Of a stretch of 64,000 nt of DNA, positions 60,412-64,000 are shown one piece after another. Position numbers and translations under genes: made by a program. Each line of letters starts with the position of its first letter. Positions within the stretch are counted from its first letter, which is position 1. The DNA comes from Harriotta raleighana (taxonomy: Eukaryota), in the NCBI GenBank assembly GCA_050575255.1, contig JBNZDD010013633.1:1821706-1885705 (forward strand), written 5' to 3'. The notes below the pieces were generated by a model. The model did not search any database. It had not been told where the DNA came from and saw nothing but the letters and a program-made list of their open reading frames with translations.

Positions 60412-60562
60412 TTCACTTCATGGCTGTTTATGGGACATTGCTGTGTGAAAATTGTTGTATTCACCTCCAAATACAGACACCACACCTTACAGAAACCTCT
60501 ATGAAGTAACTAGAGTTGTTTCAACATAAAGTGCTGTATCTATTCACAAAGATTATTATTAT
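60412..60562 (+). mobile_element. 5'-truncated, degraded SINE
   Basis: CATGGCTGTTTATGGGACATTGCTGTGTGAAAATTG...GATTATTATTAT. Confidence 0.65.
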
Positions 60563-60574
60563 ATCCGCACTTGC

Positions 60575-60733
60575 ATCTGCACCCTCACCACATCACCTCA
60601 ATCCTCACCCCCTCTTTATTTAACATTAAATCCTACCTTTCCACCATGCCCGTGGTCCAAACTCGCCACTGTACAGCTAGCTCTCTGAAAAGCTATCTGG
60701 TATGAAGAGTGCTATATGTTAGTGTTGTTGTTG
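60575..60733 (+). mobile_element. Degraded L2 3' end
   Basis: C-rich UTR, CTGTACAGC...TGAAGAGTGCTATATG...(TGT)n. Confidence 0.5.
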
Positions 60734-61588
60734 TATATAAACACAAGTTGTATTATTGCAACATGTGCATAATACATGCAAGTAGAGCTTACTTGATTTT
60801 GGTAACTTTTTGGTTTGTTGATGCTAGACTTCATGGGTTAAACAACATTGGTTTGGAAAGTACAGTAATACACGGTGGGTTGTGTGATGGTTATTTCAGT
60901 GATATCAGATTTCATTTCATTCCATGACCCAAAAGAATGACATAATGTACCCTTTTTATTAAATGTAGATTGGTAAATGTTGTCGACGAGGTTCTAAATC
61001 CAATTTGCTATGAAGGGTTCTTAAGGTATCACAAACAATAGTGATGGAGATGAAGGAGGTTGTGACATCAGTAGAACTCAGAGATTAATTTATAGAGCCA
61101 TTTTTGCAAATGAGAAGGTTATAACAGTAGTAACATTGAAATAATACTGCTACCAAGGCGCAGTGCTATGAAGAGAATAACAGTACTTTATTAAAAGCAT
61201 TCAAATGTTATTGCCTCCCTTCAACTTAAGTCATGCAATTTAGTTGCAAAAATGATTATAATGAGCAACAAGTAGAACCTTAACATCACCTAGTGATAGT
61301 GGGATATAATATGCATTATTTTTGCACTTTACACAGTACTGTATTATGAGGCAATTGTTGATGAGGCTTGATTCTGTTTGTTTTCCAGGGTGCAACTGTC
61401 ATTCTGAGTTGCAATTCTCCAGCTATTGCAACAGTTTGCTTACCTCCTGGAGCAGCAGAACGCTTTCTGAATTGATTACTTTTCCTGCCTCCCCACTTTC
61501 GTAAAGCTTTGAAAAAGCTGTTTCTGAATTGGTTACAACCGCCTGCAACACCACCAGCAGTTTGGGAAAATTGTCCCAGGAGACCTCA

Positions 61589-61896
61589 GAGGTATATAAA
61601 TTACATGGGATTGAGAGAGTAAACTCAAACCAATACTCAGATGCACTGAAACAATAAGAAGTTACAGGTTCCAAGGGTAATTTCAGAACAGATACCAAAA
61701 AGTATTTGTTTACAAGGGGAGTGATTAATGACTAAAACAGGTTACCAGGAAGGCAATTATTTGAGGATGAGACTGGGACACAGGACCCTGTTAACAGATA
61801 GCATGTATGCTGTGGCCAGAGGACAGTCAGGTATATAATCTTGAAGGATGAGATCAAATTGGCTGAAATGTATTTTTCCATCTGAACCTTTGTGAT
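61589..61896 (+). mobile_element. CR1 LINE 3' fragment (ORF2 C-terminus plus 3' UTR)
   Basis: Encodes EVYK...GIERVN...FRTDTKKYLFTRGVIND*NRLP, matching CR1 RxxFFxxRVVxxWNxLP. 3' end similar to ~5290 and ~6720. Confidence 0.7.
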
Positions 61897-62809
61897 TTAG
61901 TTATATCCCTCTGCAATTTCAGTAGATTGCCTCTGAGTTGCCCTTGCTCTACCACCCCATCTAACTTTTCAAACCTCATTTAGTTGTTATCTATTTGGTG
62001 AATATCAAGTTTACGTTTATCTGGTTATTTGAATCAAAGCTTAAACAGAAGTACTTTACAGAGCTTAATGATTATATAGTACAATTGCTCTTAAGCTTGC
62101 TCGATCAGTGGCATTATCCTACCTAATTGGGGTAGAAAAGTATGGAATTAATAGTTGTGAGTTTCTTATCAGATTGAAGTATTATTTCATGGACTTAGAC
62201 AAGGTAGTCTGAAAGTTTAGCTTTTTGCCCAATGATTAGTGTTGTGTATATATTAGAACACCAGTTGGCATTCAATTTATTCTATTTGTTTTGTGTTTAT
62301 TCAATAAATTAATAAATATAAGACAAACTTTATTCTACTTGAATGTATTGTTTGGCAATACCAGCCTCAGTGAAAGGAAATAAAAGTTGTACTTCTGCAA
62401 GATGGATAAAAATATAAAGCCTCATGAAAAAATCTGAGTAATTTAACTACAGTAAAACTTCCATAAGATGAATCAATTGGGACAATAAGAATTAATATGA
62501 CTTATGCAAAGTCCGAATTATATATATGTCATATAAAATCCAATTTAATTATTAATCTACACTGAGCAAATGTAATGCAATGGAGTGTGTAAGTGCTTAT
62601 GTAGTGCTTTGCCACTGCAACTGGTGAGTGAACATGCATCAACAGGTCAGGGCGTAGTTTCCTGTAATTTAATGCAGTCAGCAAGTGTGCGAGTAATGAT
62701 GGATAGGGCACCAGCGTTAGGAGGTGTTGATGTTTCGCCCACAACATATACAGTAAATACAGTTTACACTAGGATATGCAAGGATTATTTGCATTTGATA
62801 TAATGCCTC

Positions 62810-63400
62810 AGCCACGCATTGGTCACATCAAGGCTTGTCTACCGAAACTCTCTCCTCATCAGCCTTCCCAGCTCTTCCCTTCACAAGCTGACGATCCCTC
62901 TGCTGCTCATGTACTCTCCTGCACTAATCTCCACAACCCCATCACTCCCATCACCCCCCCTTCCATTGGCTCCTCATCCCCCAGAGGATTGAATTGAAGA
63001 TCCTCGTCCTCACTTTCAAGGCCATCCATGGCCTTGCCCCTTCTTACCTTTCTGACCTGTTGATTCCCTACCAACCTGCCCGCCCCCTCTGGTCAACCAG
63101 ACTCTGCTCTGCTCCATGTCTCCCACCCGACCCATCCAACCATCGGTGGCAGGGCTTTCAATCTCTTTGCCCCCACATTCTGGAAGTCCATCCCACAGTC
63201 CCTTCGCTTTGCTTCCTCCCTTGCCTCCTTCCAGGCTGGTCTCAAGATCCTCCTTTTTGTGCCTTCTGCCACCCTCCCACCTCTCTCCCTTCCCTCCCTC
63301 CTACCCTGCCGTTCCCTTGGGTCCTAATCCTTGACTGTTCAGCACCTTGGGATGTCATCCCCATGTGAAAGGCACTGTATCAATGTAATTTTGTTGTTGT
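62810..63400 (+). mobile_element. 5'-truncated L2 LINE (ORF2 C-terminus, 3' UTR, tail)
   Basis: Peptides PITP...LHWL...RIELKILVLTFKAIHGLAPSYLSDLLIPYQPARPL; TIGGRAF; terminal CAGCACCTTGGGATGTCATCCCCATGTGAAAGGCACTGTATCAATGTAATTTTGTTGTTG. Confidence 0.9.
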
Positions 63401-63589
63401 ATATTATTAAGCCAATTGCTCACAGCAGTGTCCCACAAACAATCTTTTAGGAGCTACAAAGTTGTTTTTCTTCTAATGGCAACTACTCTTTTGCTCCCAA
63501 GTTTACCTGTTTGGCAATACCGGCATCGGAATTCAGTAAGCTACATAATGAATCTTATTTAAATGTTTTGTCTGCCACATAGTTCTGCC

Positions 63590-63996
63590 CTTCTTCCCAA
63601 CGAAACTATGATTTAAACAAAATCCGAAATCGACCTCCAGATACTCACACTCATGCTCACATCTCTTCACTTTCTGGTATCTCCCTACCTCTCCAACCTC
63701 TTCACTCCGCAATCCACCACCCGCTCCTCCACTTAACTGTCACTGACCTGCTCATCATTCACACCCTCCTCTCCACCATCATGTTTTCCACCACTCTGAT
63801 TCACTCTGGAACACTGATTCAATCCCTCCGCCTTGCCCCATCTCTCTAATTTTTCAAGTTCCACCTGAAAACCCTTTGACGGTGCTTATGGCCACCTCCC
63901 CACACTCACCTCCAGCTCAGTCAGCCTCCACCACTGTTAATTCCTCTCAATCTCTACCATGCATGGAGGACACTAAGCAAGTTGTTGCTGTTGTTG
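63590..63996 (+). mobile_element. Second degraded L2 3' fragment
   Basis: CCCTACCTCTCCAACCTC (PYLSNL), CTCTGGAAC (LWN), TTCAAGTTCCACCTGAAAACC (FKxxLKT), tail GCAAGTTGTTGCTGTTGTTG. Confidence 0.75.
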
Positions 63997-64000
63997 AAAC

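Noticed and set aside
4778-63445. Recurrent ~40-bp motifs as a CRISPR-like or other prokaryotic repeat system
   Set aside because: Copies are dispersed, on both strands, diverged and embedded in SINE/LINE bodies in vertebrate DNA. There is no regular repeat-spacer array and no cas-like ORF.

Overview
Vertebrate genomic DNA, most likely from a cartilaginous fish (chimaera/elephant-shark-like, inferred from the repeat landscape only). There is one credible protein-coding gene: the intronless SoxB1 transcription factor Sox1 (42971-44005, +). It has a recognisable core promoter near 42460-42630 and a 3' UTR ending near an AATAAA at 44664. Sox1 sits inside a roughly 26-32 kb CpG-retaining, almost transposon-free domain (about 26-58 kb). 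That domain holds several motif-dense candidate enhancers (SOX, POU, TALE/PBX-MEIS) and a CTCF-like site at its right edge. The flanks (1-31 kb, 57-64 kb) are AT-rich and littered with decayed tRNA-derived SINEs plus L2 and CR1 LINE 3' fragments. The SINEs are of two kinds: a young family with a CORE-like block and a DeuSINE-like 3' block, and an older SacSINE1/DeuSINE-like family. All other ORFs look spurious or LINE-derived. I see no new protein-coding system. The best leads are regulatory (paralog-shared SoxB1 promoter and UTR blocks, a putative methylation valley, candidate enhancers, possible overlapping lncRNA) and retroposon-mechanistic (hybrid SINE, stem-loop-only insertions, inversions). 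Family assignments and comparisons to human sequences are from recalled consensus sequences, not from searches, and repeat boundaries are approximate.
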